This document shows positions 51,128 through 64,000 of a stretch of 64,000 bases of DNA, piece by piece; the stretch's first letter is position 1, and each line of letters starts with the position of its first letter. The translations under genes and the position numbers were made by a program. This stretch comes from Epiperipatus broadwayi (lineage: Eukaryota > Animalia > Onychophora). The notes beneath the pieces were generated by a model. That model did not search any database, had not been told where the DNA came from, and saw nothing but the letters and a program-made list of their open reading frames with translations. The stretch lies in assembly GCA_028023455.1 (NCBI GenBank), contig JAQFVV010000005.1, positions 5,766,001-5,830,000 on the forward strand, in the 5' to 3' direction.

Positions 51128-51899
51128 GTTGATTGTTATCATTATTTAATTATGTGATTGATATTTAGCAATAAAAAAGCAAAGATCAAATATAAAAAGT
51201 GCTATTTCAGAATACCTTACATACTTGTTAATTAATTGTTGCAAAAAACACCTGTCATGCTGTGTTCAAGTTACCTTAATATCTTGGTGCAGGTACAGAA
51301 ATATCTCATTACAATCCTTACCCCAAGTTACATAATTTATATCATCTTTATTAGTTAGAAAAAATTTAAAACCAGTGTATTTAAAATGTTCTCTTGAAGA
51401 TTTATGACAATCCACTTTTCATTATATTTTTAATCTGTTGCATTTATTATCAACATCATTTTCATCATGTCTTTAGAAAGTTGTAAGCATTAATGCTTTC
51501 AAAGCTTTTAATTTAAGTGGATTTCATTTTCATTCAGATAATGATTTTGATAGTCACTGCTTTCATGATTTACTATCATTACTGATGCTTTTAAATCATT
51601 AAATTTTACATGAAATGGTGGAAGATAGAATTTATATGAAGTTATCAAAGCCTTATAGTACCCAATTATTCTTGATAATACTGTAATTGACTGAAGATGT
51701 AGAGGAGAATCATTACAAATTATGAAAAACATAGGTAATGCTGTTTTTTTATGTATTTATTATCATTATTTTTAATTAAACAATTCAAAACAAAGCAAAA
51801 CTCTCCATATAGTAGTGCCATCTTGTGCTAACAAGAGCAATCAATGGATGCCAGAAGGCTTGTGCATAAAATCCCTATCTAGTGCCTACTCATCCAATA

Positions 51900-51941
51900 T
51901 CCCCAGACTAGTTTCTGGCCTGTGGTCTTCATCAGTGAGGA
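51900..51941 (-). ncRNA. Minimal type I hammerhead motif, second family
   Basis: TCCTCA CTGATGA AGACC aca GGCCA GAAA CTA GTC TGGGGA: 6-bp stem I, palindromic ACTAGT stem III, GUC triplet, imperfect stem II. Confidence 0.65.
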
Positions 51942-51959
51942 GCCTTGGATCTGAGAACA

Positions 51960-52200
51960 CTATCAACACACTACAGCATGAAATTCTCTAAAACTTTGGA
52001 CTTAGTTTCTTTTCTATATCACTTCACAAATTTCTTCATTTCTTATCATTCATCTCACAAATAGTCTGTCTGCTTCTAAATTGCATATAATCTTCTTGGA
52101 TTCAATTTAGAATTTCACTTATCCATTTATTCATGTCTCTTCTAGCAAACATTCAGCTCTATTCTATTTCAGTCATACGTTTTTCAATAATGCCAACAAG
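51960..52200 (-). mobile_element. Possible RTE 3' fragment upstream of the 51900 hammerhead
   Basis: KWISEILNWI...RQT...NDK resembles the RTE terminal W....W.P...R..GR motif; heavily decayed. Confidence 0.35.
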
Positions 52201-54657
52201 ATCCTTTTGTTTTCTCAACCACATCAATGTGAAAACAGAGAAAGTGAAAGAATCAAAAGCACTTATGGTTTCAAACTTAAGAAGATATCAAATATAAAAT
52301 TAGTGGATAGTTACAAATAACTTAAAAAATACAGAAAATGAATGCAAGGGAAGCAGAGAATAATTTAATGAAGCTACTGTCGAATTGAAAAAAATATTGT
52401 ATATCCAATAAGATATGTTTTTTTTAGTGGGGGGGGGGGGGCTTCAAAGTCCCATTACTCTTGTTTAGAGATATTTGGGTAAAAGTCCAAAAGAGATGCT
52501 AACATAATGAAAAAAAAGATAATACAAAATTCCTTATTATTCATATCTTGTTTTACTTTGTAATTTAAAATACATAGATATCTATTTACCACTCAATAAA
52601 TGAATGACTTCTGAGTTGGCTATGGACCATATTAAGAAGAAAAAATCCAGACAAGATTTAAAAATATCTGACTTCCTGGCCATAGTAAATGGAGAAACTA
52701 ACCAATAACACACAATAAGTTTTGTAAAGTTATATGTCTATAATTAGTTATATATATATTATTATTTAAAGTTACATATCTGTGTATTAGTTAAATATTT
52801 TGATTGCTCTATATTGCATGACATTTTGACGTGCAGATCTGAATTCAAATCTAAAACCAGTATTTTTGATTAAGATTAAAGCACGTATTTCCTCTTTTCA
52901 GTAGTCAAATCATTTTGCTTAGCGAAATAAAAACTACAGTTTAATAATATTAATCATAGCAATAATTACACGGTTGTTTATTTTCATAAAATATAATTCT
53001 TTAGGAATTATGATTTTATTAAATGGCTTTAAATTTCCAAAAGCTGTTTAAAATTATTTGTTTTTTTTTCCTTCTAGTTACTATGGCATTTCTATTACAG
53101 TAGTTTTAATATGAGGTTGCTATATAAACAACGTTTATAAAACAAGTAAATTGATCCTTAAAAATAAACATAAATTTATACATTAGTTAATTCACAACTG
53201 AAGTAAAACGAAATAGGATTACCCATGAAGCTTTGCATTATTTGACGGGCAAATTTTATAACAACCACAGTATAATTGAAAATATATATAACAAAACTCA
53301 TTTAATTTTAGATATAAAAATAATAATTCAAAATAAAACTTTTAAATGACTGAAATGGTGAAAGATTGCTTTTGATTTTATTCTTATATGATGATCATCA
53401 TGAATCATGAGACCAGAACAATGCTTCAAACACTTTCTTATTGCTTACTGTAATCTTCAGAAACTCAGAACTATTTTTTTAAATATAAACTTCTTTCTTC
53501 TTTTATTTTTCTCAACCTCCTCATTGCTAGTACTCTCATCTTTTAAAAATATATGTGAACTCATTCTTTCTATAAATTTCTTCAAGGAATAATGTTTTTT
53601 TTTATTACTCTTTTCAACATCTGTGTGTGTTTTTAATTCTATTCTAGATCCACCATCTCTAGAACCTCATTACCTTCTATCTTTTTTTAATGGTCCAAGT
53701 CTTTATTCTAAATAAAGCAGCAGCGAATACTTTATAAATTTTTTTTAGTTCAGAATAATCTCCTAGTCTTATTAAAAGCGTATTTAACTATTATAATTTT
53801 TACAAGTCTCACCCCCCCCTCTCTATCCATAAACTCATTACCCACAGTTTCAATAATCCACGATTTGAAAATATGTTATATAAAAATCAAAAAATGGAAA
53901 TAAATAAACATTGTGTTATTATGCAAAAAATATATACTATTTAATAATAATAATAAAAAAATTTTTTTGATGCCTCTTGGGTGTGGACAATTTTTAAATT
54001 TTGTTCCTTATCTTTCTCTTCTTCTTATACAATTATTATATTACATTATACGACAATAGCAGTCACTCACAAATAGGTATGGACATTTCAACTCCAAGAA
54101 AAATAATAATACAGAAGAAACGAGTTTTATGACAACTGAATAACAAATACATCTATATATATAACATGTTAGTTCATTGTTCAGTTTATTTAATATCTTG
54201 TAATACTGTCATTTAATTTCTTCTGCAGTAAACCTTTTTGAAAGATTTTAGTATCTTGCCTAATTGTAGCTCTCTAATATATTCCATTCCTTGTCATGTC
54301 TTTCCAATGGCAATAATCAACTCTGAATTCTTTTAGAATGCTTTTGGGATAAACTTTATAATGTGAATGAGGATTGCTTCTTCCATGAAAACTATGCTCA
54401 AGTTTACCATAAAACATCTTTTTATGAAGTCTTGTATTGTTCATTCATTTCATATACCCAGTCTAACAAAAATGAGGTTTTACAATAATCACTTCTATCT
54501 ATCACATCCAGAGAGTCTAAGAACACATTGATTGGTATTATGATCTTTCTATTATATTATTCCATAAAATTTTAATAGTATATTTTATGGAACATAATGA
54601 AAATCTATAATCATACTGATAAGCTAAACCATTACTTGTAGTTTGTTGGTTTGCTTA

Positions 54658-55557
54658 CAAGAGATATCCAATAAACCCAGAATCTTGTAATAAAAAATTG
54701 TGTACTTATTTGTAAGTCTTAAAAAATGGACTCTCTTTCAAAGTTCTGTCCATTTGATTCAATGCATCAGTCTGAAAATGTTTTCAATTTTTCGACATAG
54801 TCCTGAAATTCCTGCAAAGTTTATGCATTTTAATGCCTCTGTCATTTTATTCTTCATCACTTTCATGTCTGCAAAAAAAAAAAAAAGAAGCATTTTTTCA
54901 TTCAGGGGAATAAAAAGAAGTTGCATAGAACAATATTGGGAGAATATAGCTGATGGATAAACTGGGTCATGTTATTATTAATTAAAATTGTTTCACATTC
55001 AAGAATTTATGCATTGGTGCATTGTCATGGTGAAATTTGCAGTCCCTATTTTGTCACAAATCAAGATGTTTTCAATTTACCACATCACGCAGTTGTTTCA
55101 GAACTTTAGGGAAAATCTGATTGTCATGAGTGAATTCTGAGTGAACACTACCATTTTCATTTAAAAAAAAAAAACAGCATTGCTTGAAATATTGGATTTT
55201 ACTTTCAACACTTTTTTGGGATGTGATAAATTTGAGACTTTCATTAAATCACTCTCAAACTTATGTTTTTCCCAAATCATTTTGTTTATAAACTGTCAAA
55301 CATTATAACTATTTACCTTGCTGTTTGCCCTAACAGAAAATAGAATTTCACATTATTTCAACCTTTCAGTCATCACTAAAATCAACAAGTAAGCAAAAAA
55401 ATTTACTACATGGTACTATAACTTAACTCACTGATATCCAGCAGACTAATGCAGCAGAATTCATGCAAAAGGCATCTAGTGGCATGGCAGAAGCATATAC
55501 TATAATGCATTAATCAGCTAGAGAATGATTCTGGATACTTTTGGATACCTCCTCATG
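54658..55557 (-). mobile_element. Internally deleted mariner element with both TIRs and TA TSD
   Basis: TA-CAAGAGATATCCAATAAACCCAGAAT and ATTCTGGATACTTTTGGATACCTCCTCATG-TA. Transposase remnants FHHDNAPMH, YSPNIVLCNFFLFP and CIESNGQNFE. Confidence 0.85.
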
Positions 55558-58436
55558 TAATTGCATATTAATATGATTATTATTATTATTTTCTTTGCTG
55601 TATAATATGTACAATAGTTATTTCAAAACAAGAAAAATAGAAAACAGTTGTAGTTAAAAAATAAAAACATAAGAAGTCAGTTTATCCGTATACATTCACA
55701 ATAATTTATGTGTTATATTGACTGAGTAAAGCATTAAAACTTGTGAAAGAAGCATTTTTGTATTAAATAATACAATATTGGTTGGTTGTTTATTTATTAA
55801 ATGAAAAGTTTAAAAAGCATACATTTTAATTCATATATTTAATGCACAGTTTCTTGTAGGATTGCCACCACAAATTTTCTTTCAGTTAACCATTTTCTCC
55901 TTTTGTTCACTCAGTTTGTATTCAGCATGCATTCAGATTGTCCTATAATTACTATCACTTCAAATTTATTACTATTCAATATTTTTCATAAATGCATAAT
56001 TTTATTTTTACTAATCACTTTTGCTCTGTGTGATTTAGTGCAGTGGTTGAGTGGCAGAGTTCATAGTTCAAAGCCTAATTTTGTCACTTCTGATGATTAA
56101 ACTTCTAATGAATTCTCAAGCAATAAATCATTCATTTATTTTGATATCTTAAGTGTTTACATTTTTTAAATTAAATTACATTTATCGTGTATGTGTGCAT
56201 TTTTGTGATTAGAGAAATCAAATCCCAAAAGTATCAATTGAGATCTGAGTTTGAATACCAGATATGGTGTCTATTAAAACCATTTAGAAAATTAAAGCTA
56301 AAAGTAGAATAAACAGAAAATTTATATCGTGGAGTGAGAGAAAATCTTTAGATATAATAACACAGAATAAAAGCAAAAAAGATCAATGAACAGAAATTTA
56401 AATAGGATGTATATTATTGTGAATTTTTTGATGGCCAAAATATTTATTAAATTAGAAAATTTTAAATATACTAATTGTAAGATCAGCCACTGGTGAGCGA
56501 TCTATAATAATATGCAAAAATTTATTTTTAAATAAAAGTATCAAAAGTTGGTTTATAAAGTAAGTTATTACAAGTTTTAAAAATTACCTGATTAATGCAG
56601 ACACTATATATATTGTAACCAATACAAAAGAATAAATCTCAATTGTGATATATATATCTTTCTGTATAAGCTAAATGTATTCTCTACTTTAATTATAGAT
56701 TCAAATTTAATAAAACAATAAATACATTTCCTAGGGTTATTCCATTAATATGAGTACTCTTAGCCTTATTATACTTTAATGAACATCTATGCAAATATAT
56801 TGTTTTTTTATTATAAGAACTAATTAAGAGTAACTTAATCTGTGTTTTAAAACTAAGACTAGAAATTTCAAATATAAATTTGACTAATGATTTTATCCCA
56901 GGATTATATATAATAAAATAAATGCCTGGATGTAAAATGTGTTTACTCATGTTAGGATATGACAATGTAAAAGGAATTTTATGTATGTCATTTTATCCAA
57001 TAACTTTGTATTTTAATATCTTAAATATGACCTTTATCTCGTAAACAGGCCTGCTGCATGAGTGTGAGGCATCTTTGTGCCGATAAATTTTGACACTTCT
57101 TAGTCTCATGAACAGAACTGCCCTGATTGCATTGTGATAGCATATGACCTTGCATTTATCAAGATCCCAGATCTGCTTGATCTATGTTTTTTGTGAAAAT
57201 TAAAACATTTTATCACATGCTAAATGAAATTATGTTTTCTTTTTTTGCCTCCTCAATTTGTAAGTCCTACAATGAATATCATATGCAAAGTAATATAATT
57301 GTAGATGTACTGATATGTGGTAATGCAGATTTTTCAATTACATTGTTTACCTAAATGTTTTGGAATGTTCTAGTCATGTTAATGTGAAATCAACTTTACA
57401 TTAACATTTTTATGTATTGAATCAGAATATGCAAAAAAAAAAAAAAGGATGATATTATTAATGGATTCTTAGTAAAACATAAAAAAAAATATTTTTTTTT
57501 TGCATTATATGTAATGTATTTCATTTTCTCAAATATTGAGTCAATAAAAGTGCACAAAATAATATTTATAATAAATAAGAAATTATTTATATATTAGAAG
57601 TACTAATTTGTGCAATTTTAATACATCTATATTTGCAAGTAATTTATATATATATCAAAATGTTTTTATCATGTGAAAAAATCCCCCCCACCCACCCATG
57701 AAATAAAATTAGTTAATTAAAATAATGAATTCTTTATAATTTTATTTAACCAAAGACACAATAGAATACTAAAAAATTAAAATTATTTACATTTTTACCT
57801 TTTTATTTACATATTAACTTTCCTGACATTAGTGGCTGCAATGTGATAAATAGCAATCAATTTTAATTAGATCAATTCTAACCATCTTGTTTTTCATTTT
57901 ATGTTTTTCAGAATCTCAGTAATAGAAGTTTTTTTTCTTTGTATACGTTTGTTATTTCCTTTTAAAAACTTAATCACATGATATAGTCAGATATCTAGGG
58001 ATTTTAAGGATTTACCTTACATTTATTTACTTAAGGGATGAAGTTTTCACACTTACATTATTTATTTGATAAATTTTTAGAAGCCATTATACCACACCTT
58101 GCAGTTTCTTTTGTTTAATTTTAAATTATAATAAGGAAAAAAAATCAGACAATTGGATTCTTCCATCAGTATAGATAAAGAATTTTATAGGCAATTTTCC
58201 AATAAAGTGGTTACAATTTAAGTCACACAGGTATCGTCACAATAATGCCATGTTAATGAAATGTGGCCAAAATCTTTTTAAAAAATATTTTTTTTAATTA
58301 ATTCCATTATATTTAAATTAAAAAAATTAAACTCAGAACATATTTCTATGAAATGATCCAAAAATGTAAAAAATTTTCATTTACATATAAATTTTATTAA
58401 TTATCTTGGTGTTTCAGTACACCAGTAGGGAAGTAC

Positions 58437-58506
58437 CTTTGTGTTTCACAAAACCTGTTCAGCTGCATGCAGTGGTCCTGCTCGTAAATATGCAGAGACA
58501 ATGCTT
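58437..58506 (-). CDS. Candidate 70-nt coding exon, product unknown
   Basis: GC-richer island with acceptor cttctcttttgtcattattatag and donor AAG|gtactt; open frame EALSLHIYEQDHCMQLNRFCETQR. Confidence 0.3.
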
Positions 58507-58648
58507 CTATAATAATGACAAAAGAGAAGTATTGAAAACGATCAATTTCTTTATTATACAATATAAATAAAGGATAAAAATAATAATAAAAATGAAGCAA
58601 ATAATATAAAATGTCTAATAAATATTAATATCTGTTTCTTAAGTTAAA

Positions 58649-58744
58649 CCGAGAGGTATCGCAGCCGCCATGCAAGCAAGTAGTTGGTTGCAGACGGTTG
58701 TGGGTTCACGTCCCGGCCGGTGCTATGACATATGAAAAAAAAAA
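58649..58744 (+). mobile_element. tRNA(Gly)-derived SINE-like copy
   Basis: GAGAGGT...GGGTTCACGTCCCGGCCGGTGC-TATGACATATG(A)n; same tail as 13099-13200. Confidence 0.65.
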
Positions 58745-60119
58745 CAAACAAACTTGTGATTCGAAAAATGTATTATCATATAGTGTTGCGAAGTCACTGA
58801 AATTAAATTAGGAATATTTGGTATATTAAAATAATCCTCAATTTAAATGTGGGAGAATAATAATAATCGTCATAATTATAAATGATAACTGCTTTATGTT
58901 GTTCTCAATCAGTTTGTTTCCACAACTAATCAATTATTAATCAACTTCATTTAATAATGTTGGATAAGTTTTCACTCTTTTAAAAGAATAAGTATAATTA
59001 TTGCTTAACATACTTAAATGATATTTATAACATAGGGCTTATTTATTTTGCCTCAAAACTCTTTACTGGTTTTATTTGCAGACTTAAATGTTAGGAGTGA
59101 TTCTCTACTAACAAAGTATAACTATATCATTAGGATGCCTTATTATATACTATTTAACATTTTAAAAATTCATATTAATATACGAGAATGATACATAAAA
59201 TATTTTTTTTACAGATTTACCCATCTAAATAAGAATGATAAACTTCATTTTAACTTTGAGTTTAAATGTAAAACCCCATAAAACATATAATAATTGCGTT
59301 ATAGCATACTTTTATTCAAGTTTAAAAGTTACTTGCGTTATACAACTTATAAACCTAAGGCAAATCACATTTAATCCTATTCAATATCACTAATAATAAT
59401 ACTATATAAAAGTACTACCTGTACAATCATATAATAATATCTGAGGAAATTAATATATTCTTTATTACATTAATAGTAATAACCATATTAATTAACTAAG
59501 AAATAAGCAATTATAAATAAAGTGCATTAAATAATCAACCAGTTTATACTCTTGTGGTTATAATGATGTAAAAATTTATCCCAATGAAATATTGATACAT
59601 GAGAATATTCCAATGTTGCTGGGAATTCACAAACACTTTTGAAATAATAGCATCAAAGATGATATAAAATATACATAATTTCATTTTGTAATGAAATCGT
59701 TTTTGAAGCACAATATAAAGATTAATAAATTCCATTTAACATATTTGTTAATCCAAGGTAAGTTACATTCAACACATCACTCCATTTTAGGGATTGCTTA
59801 TAAATTTGATGTTTATCATATTTAACACTTGCCTTGGTAGTCCATAATTGGCATTAAAATATTTAGCATTCACAATCCATTATCCATTTAATGGTATTTT
59901 AAATATTTAGCATTGATAATCCATAATGCATTTCTTTAACACCAGAGACAAATTTGTAGTTTATTATACATAGCAATTTAATTCATTTAAAAAGATGTTA
60001 TAATTTTATCCAAAGGATTAGCATTCAGTATTTTTTTTATATGAAAGTATATACCCAATTGATCCACTAGTTTATAAATCTTTAATCTATGTTGCTAAAT
60101 GGTTCTGATCATACATATG

Positions 60120-60464
60120 ATCAAGAAAATAGTCTATCACTAGAAAGAGAAAGACTTTAACTTTTTTCACATTCACTTTAAATGTTTGTATAATAGCTAA
60201 ACAATGTAATTTTAACTATAGAGGGACCTCTCAAGCATCAACACAAGATAGGGACTTTGTCAAGATAAGATTGGCCATCTTATCTTTAACTTAAATTCTT
60301 AAATTATATAGGCCAATTATAAAGTCCCTATCTTGTGTTAAGATTTTAGAGATCCCTCTATAGTCAAAGTCAACATCGTTTGACTATTATACAAACATTT
60401 AAGGCATATATGAAAAAGATTAAAGCCTTTCTTTTTCTAATTACAGACTTTCTATGTGCTTGAT
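60120..60464. repeat. Fold-back element (about 140-bp imperfect arms) with an inner perfect 10-bp hairpin
   Basis: Arms 60120-60258 and 60321-60464; AAGATAAGAT-tggcc-ATCTTATCTT at 60262-60286. Confidence 0.85.
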
Positions 60465-61099
60465 AAATAGTCAGAATGTTACAAATAGTCTATCATCTAT
60501 AAAGATAGTTATTTTCATTAATTTTGAATTAAAGTCCAGCATTTCTCCAAGTGATGAAGTTTACGGAGGCATATTTGAGTTGAAAAATTATTATTTAAAG
60601 TTTTTCCTTCCATAATTAAAGACAAGATAAATTCGCAATATTGAGATGTATATGCATAATTCTGACATAAAATAAATGGTTATTTCCAATATTTTGAGAA
60701 TAAATATCAGCAACTTATTTGAAGTTGATAAATATAATTTCCCAAATACATCAGCTATTTACTATTACTTTCAATTGAAGAAATCCAGCAATTTAATTTG
60801 AAGTTGTTAGACAGCATTCCATGAGTCAATTTATCCATTTTCTATTGCCAGTTGTCTGCAATAAATGAGATTTCTTGAAATAATAATCAATTAATTAATG
60901 ACAGTTTCTGGTCTATCTATCATTATTTATCTCTTTCTTAGTACAATGAGAAAAAGTCATTTTGTCTAGCAAAGACAAGATGCCTAGACTAGATAATCTA
61001 CTTGCCCATGTTTGATGAAGATAAATAAAATTGCTATTTTAAAGGTTTAACCTCCCTAAATCTTGAATGCAATAAAATTTTGTTAGAGGTTGTCTAGAT

Positions 61100-61547
61100 C
61101 AGTGGTATTCAACATTTTCACACCTGCGGACCAGCAGAAGACTATAGATAAATTTTCTTAAAGATAAGCATAGTTGTTATAACTGATCAAAACAACAATG
61201 TTAAATATATAAGATAAGGTTTTTGATATATATATGGAGTTTATATAATAAAAAACTTTTTTTTAAATTTTTTTAGAAAAGTAATAAAAAATTTAATTCT
61301 ACCCACCCCCCACCCCCATAAACATCTGTGATAACTAGAAAAACAAATTAATTTATGAATGATTGATTAGATTTTGTTTTCGTTCTGTTTTCCTTTTTTT
61401 TTAATTGGGTAAAAATGAGATGAAAAAATAAATAAAAATTAGCTATATTAATTAAAAGTTTAAGCTCTTATTATTTATTATTACAAACTTTTTACTGCCC
61501 GTCTAGCATGCGGACCTGCAGAAAAGTTTAAGGGTTGAAGAACACTG
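61100..61547. mobile_element. hAT (Charlie-like) MITE, 448 bp
   Basis: TIRs CAGTGGTATTCAAC and GTTGAAGAACACTG; perfect 8-bp TSD GTCTAGAT (61092-61099, 61548-61555). Confidence 0.92.
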
Positions 61548-62172
61548 GTCTAGATTTTCTAAAATTTTAGCTTTTACCATTATCATCTGATGTCTGGACT
61601 ACAAAATATTTCCCATCATGCTTTGTGGTTTCTTATTTTTCTGGGAAAACTTGGAGAGGATTGTCAAGGTTATTACCAAGCAAATGATAGTTGCTAAGAT
61701 TTTTGAAGCACATGATAAAACTATATGAAAAGTGTTCAAAAATGAAAAAAAAAGAAAATAATTTCAATCTGTCTCAATTGCTTCATTTTTATTTCCAGGT
61801 TTGAAATAATATTACAAATTTATTTAAAACAAATAATTTATAAATCTTAATAATTCTCAGATATTTATTTCAATTATAATATTATTTAATAAATATCCTA
61901 GCAAACTAGTCAAGATTATTAATTTTACCAATTTTAAATATGCAAGCTTTCACACACACACACACACACACAAAATATAAAATGTAAGAACTGTTTGTTC
62001 TACTCCTAAATAAAAATGTAATCAGAAATATAATTGCTTTATTTTTAAATATTTTAGTATTGTAATGTTAAATTTATAATTTTATTCTATATTTCTATAT
62101 TAAATTATTTATTTTATGTGGGTGAACAATTCTGTTTGTTTATACAATTCAATAGCTTTATTCCTTAATAAT

Positions 62173-62433
62173 TATAGGGAGCATATCAATAGCACAAAAA
62201 GAGAAACAATTTAAAATCTCTATCCAGAAAAATCCCTATCCTCAGACTTAATTGTTACATATTAGATAAGTGCTGACTTTTGAGTTAGTATTTTAGATCT
62301 AGTATCTAAAGTCCTAGCTCCTCACTGAGGTGAGCCAAAAGCCAAAAACTCAAAACTGATCAGTCAGAGGATGGGAATTTTTCCGGAGCACTTATAAATT
62401 AAAACTTGTTGCACTATTGGTATGCTCCCTATA
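62173..62433. mobile_element. MITE, about 260 bp
   Basis: TATAGGGAGCATATCAATAG and CTATTGGTATGCTCCCTATA terminal inverted repeats. Confidence 0.8.
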
Positions 62434-64000
62434 GTGAATATCAGTAATACAAGTTTAAAACAAATAACACAATTTGTGACTTGCTTTATTGATTCCTTAA
62501 TAAGAATAATGACAAAATATAAGTATATGTATTTTTATCCAAGCATCAATCAGAAAAATCTGCTTGAGAAGCCACTTTTAAATGCTTTATAAAATTATAT
62601 TTTCTCTTAAACATTAATATTAAAGACTTTTAAACTTGATATTGATTATATTCTGTGCTATACATCCAATAACAGCTATGAATATATTTGCTTAACTATA
62701 AAAATAAAGCCAATACAATTTTACAGTTCTAAATTTATAATGACCCATTTACAGAAGCATCTGAAAGTTTATAATATATGTATACACACATTGTTTTAAT
62801 TTCTGAAAATAGGAATGGATTATAAATGTGTATTTTATATCATTTTAAAGTGTACTAATAATTTTAATCAACAATTTTTTAATTTTATATTTGAATTAAG
62901 ATTTTCACATCTGCTAATATGCTATTATTAATCAACTTTTCAATAGTATATACATGGAAAAGCACCAATGTAGTGACTAGTCTTATATGTGATAAATACA
63001 TGTTATACAGGGTTTATTTTTATAGTTAAAAGTATTTTTAATCAAATGCAGTGAATACATGGAACCATCATAATTATAATTAACTCCACAAATAATTAAA
63101 AGCAATAACTTGCTCATTAATTTCCTGAACAGTTACCTCTCTTGAACTTTTATTTTAACCACCTATTTATCTTCAGTTACATTTTTTCTCAGCTTAAATT
63201 TATTAGCAATTTCATCTATTTAACATAGTTTCCTGTTAAGTTCATTCTCATTAACCCAAATATGGTCAACTGATCAGCAAATCTGATACATTTCACTTTC
63301 CTTTCCTAACGATAATTATGCTTTTATTGAGTTTACACTTATTAGCTATATACATAAATAAATAAATATTAAACAGGAATTTTTTTTATCATATACTTCT
63401 TATATCTATTTCTTTTGAATAAAAAATATTTAATCTTATAGATCTCTTCTTATTAACAAATTATCTATATTATTTCTCATTTCAATTGATACGTTTTTTC
63501 TTTAGAATATTTAAAATAATAACCCAAATCATTCTATCAAAAGTTTTCTCACGATCTATAAAACAATAAGGATATTTATTAATATTAATATTAATACAAA
63601 TTAAGAGCAGATCTGTTGATTCTTACAAAACCTTTAGTGAGTAGAATTATGCTTTGTGTAGTTTAAAAACAATGTAGTCACATAATGAACTTGAGAGTTA
63701 AAGGTCTTGAAATGAAGCTCACTAATGTCACTTTGGGGCTCAAACATTGCATGATTCCAATTTGAGTAACGTTTATTAAAAGCAAATAATAAGAAAAAAA
63801 TATTTTGTTGTCGGACATTGTTTAGCATTACTTCTTACATTTTTAAAATGTTTTAATTATTTGGAGAACAGATTTGTCAACTTCCAACAGTGTTACCATA
63901 TAATACTAAATTATCCAAGCACTTTTACTACTATTACATAATGCTTTATTTACCACCCTTTCTTACAGTTTACAGTTTTAATTGCCCCAGTAATCTTCTT

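Noticed and set aside
1-64000. CRISPR arrays, rRNA, intact tRNA genes, prokaryotic operons
   Set aside because: None seen; all tRNA-like sequences are degenerate and the content is eukaryotic TE DNA.

Overview
Very AT-rich eukaryotic (probably invertebrate animal) intergenic or intronic DNA made almost entirely of transposable elements. No host gene is confidently identified; there are only two weak candidate exons. The largest feature is a full-length L1/Tx1-like non-LTR retrotransposon (36544-42877, +) with a perfect 16-bp TSD. It has ORF1 (RRM-like plus CCHC) and ORF2 (APE-RT-zinc finger), inactivated by at least four small lesions, and no poly(A) tail. An old, divergent relative lies head-to-head with it (about 30490-34770, -) and carries a nested RTE. 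Other elements are RTE relics, two Penelope-like (GIY-YIG) fragments, a Gypsy LTR joined to an integrase fragment, a gag-only Gypsy-like element, mariner, hAT and MITE-like elements, and tRNA-derived SINE-like copies. The most unusual signal is a high density of type I hammerhead-ribozyme motifs. One non-coding repeat family (1761-, 13410-, 20666+, 47864-, 48305+) forms fold-back insertions whose inverted arms begin at the predicted cleavage site. There is also a tRNA-Ile-headed element ending in a decayed hammerhead with an inverted tail (35550-35740), and separate hammerheads at 47738 and 51900. All calls were made by eye from the sequence; no searches or folding programs were run, so relic boundaries are approximate.
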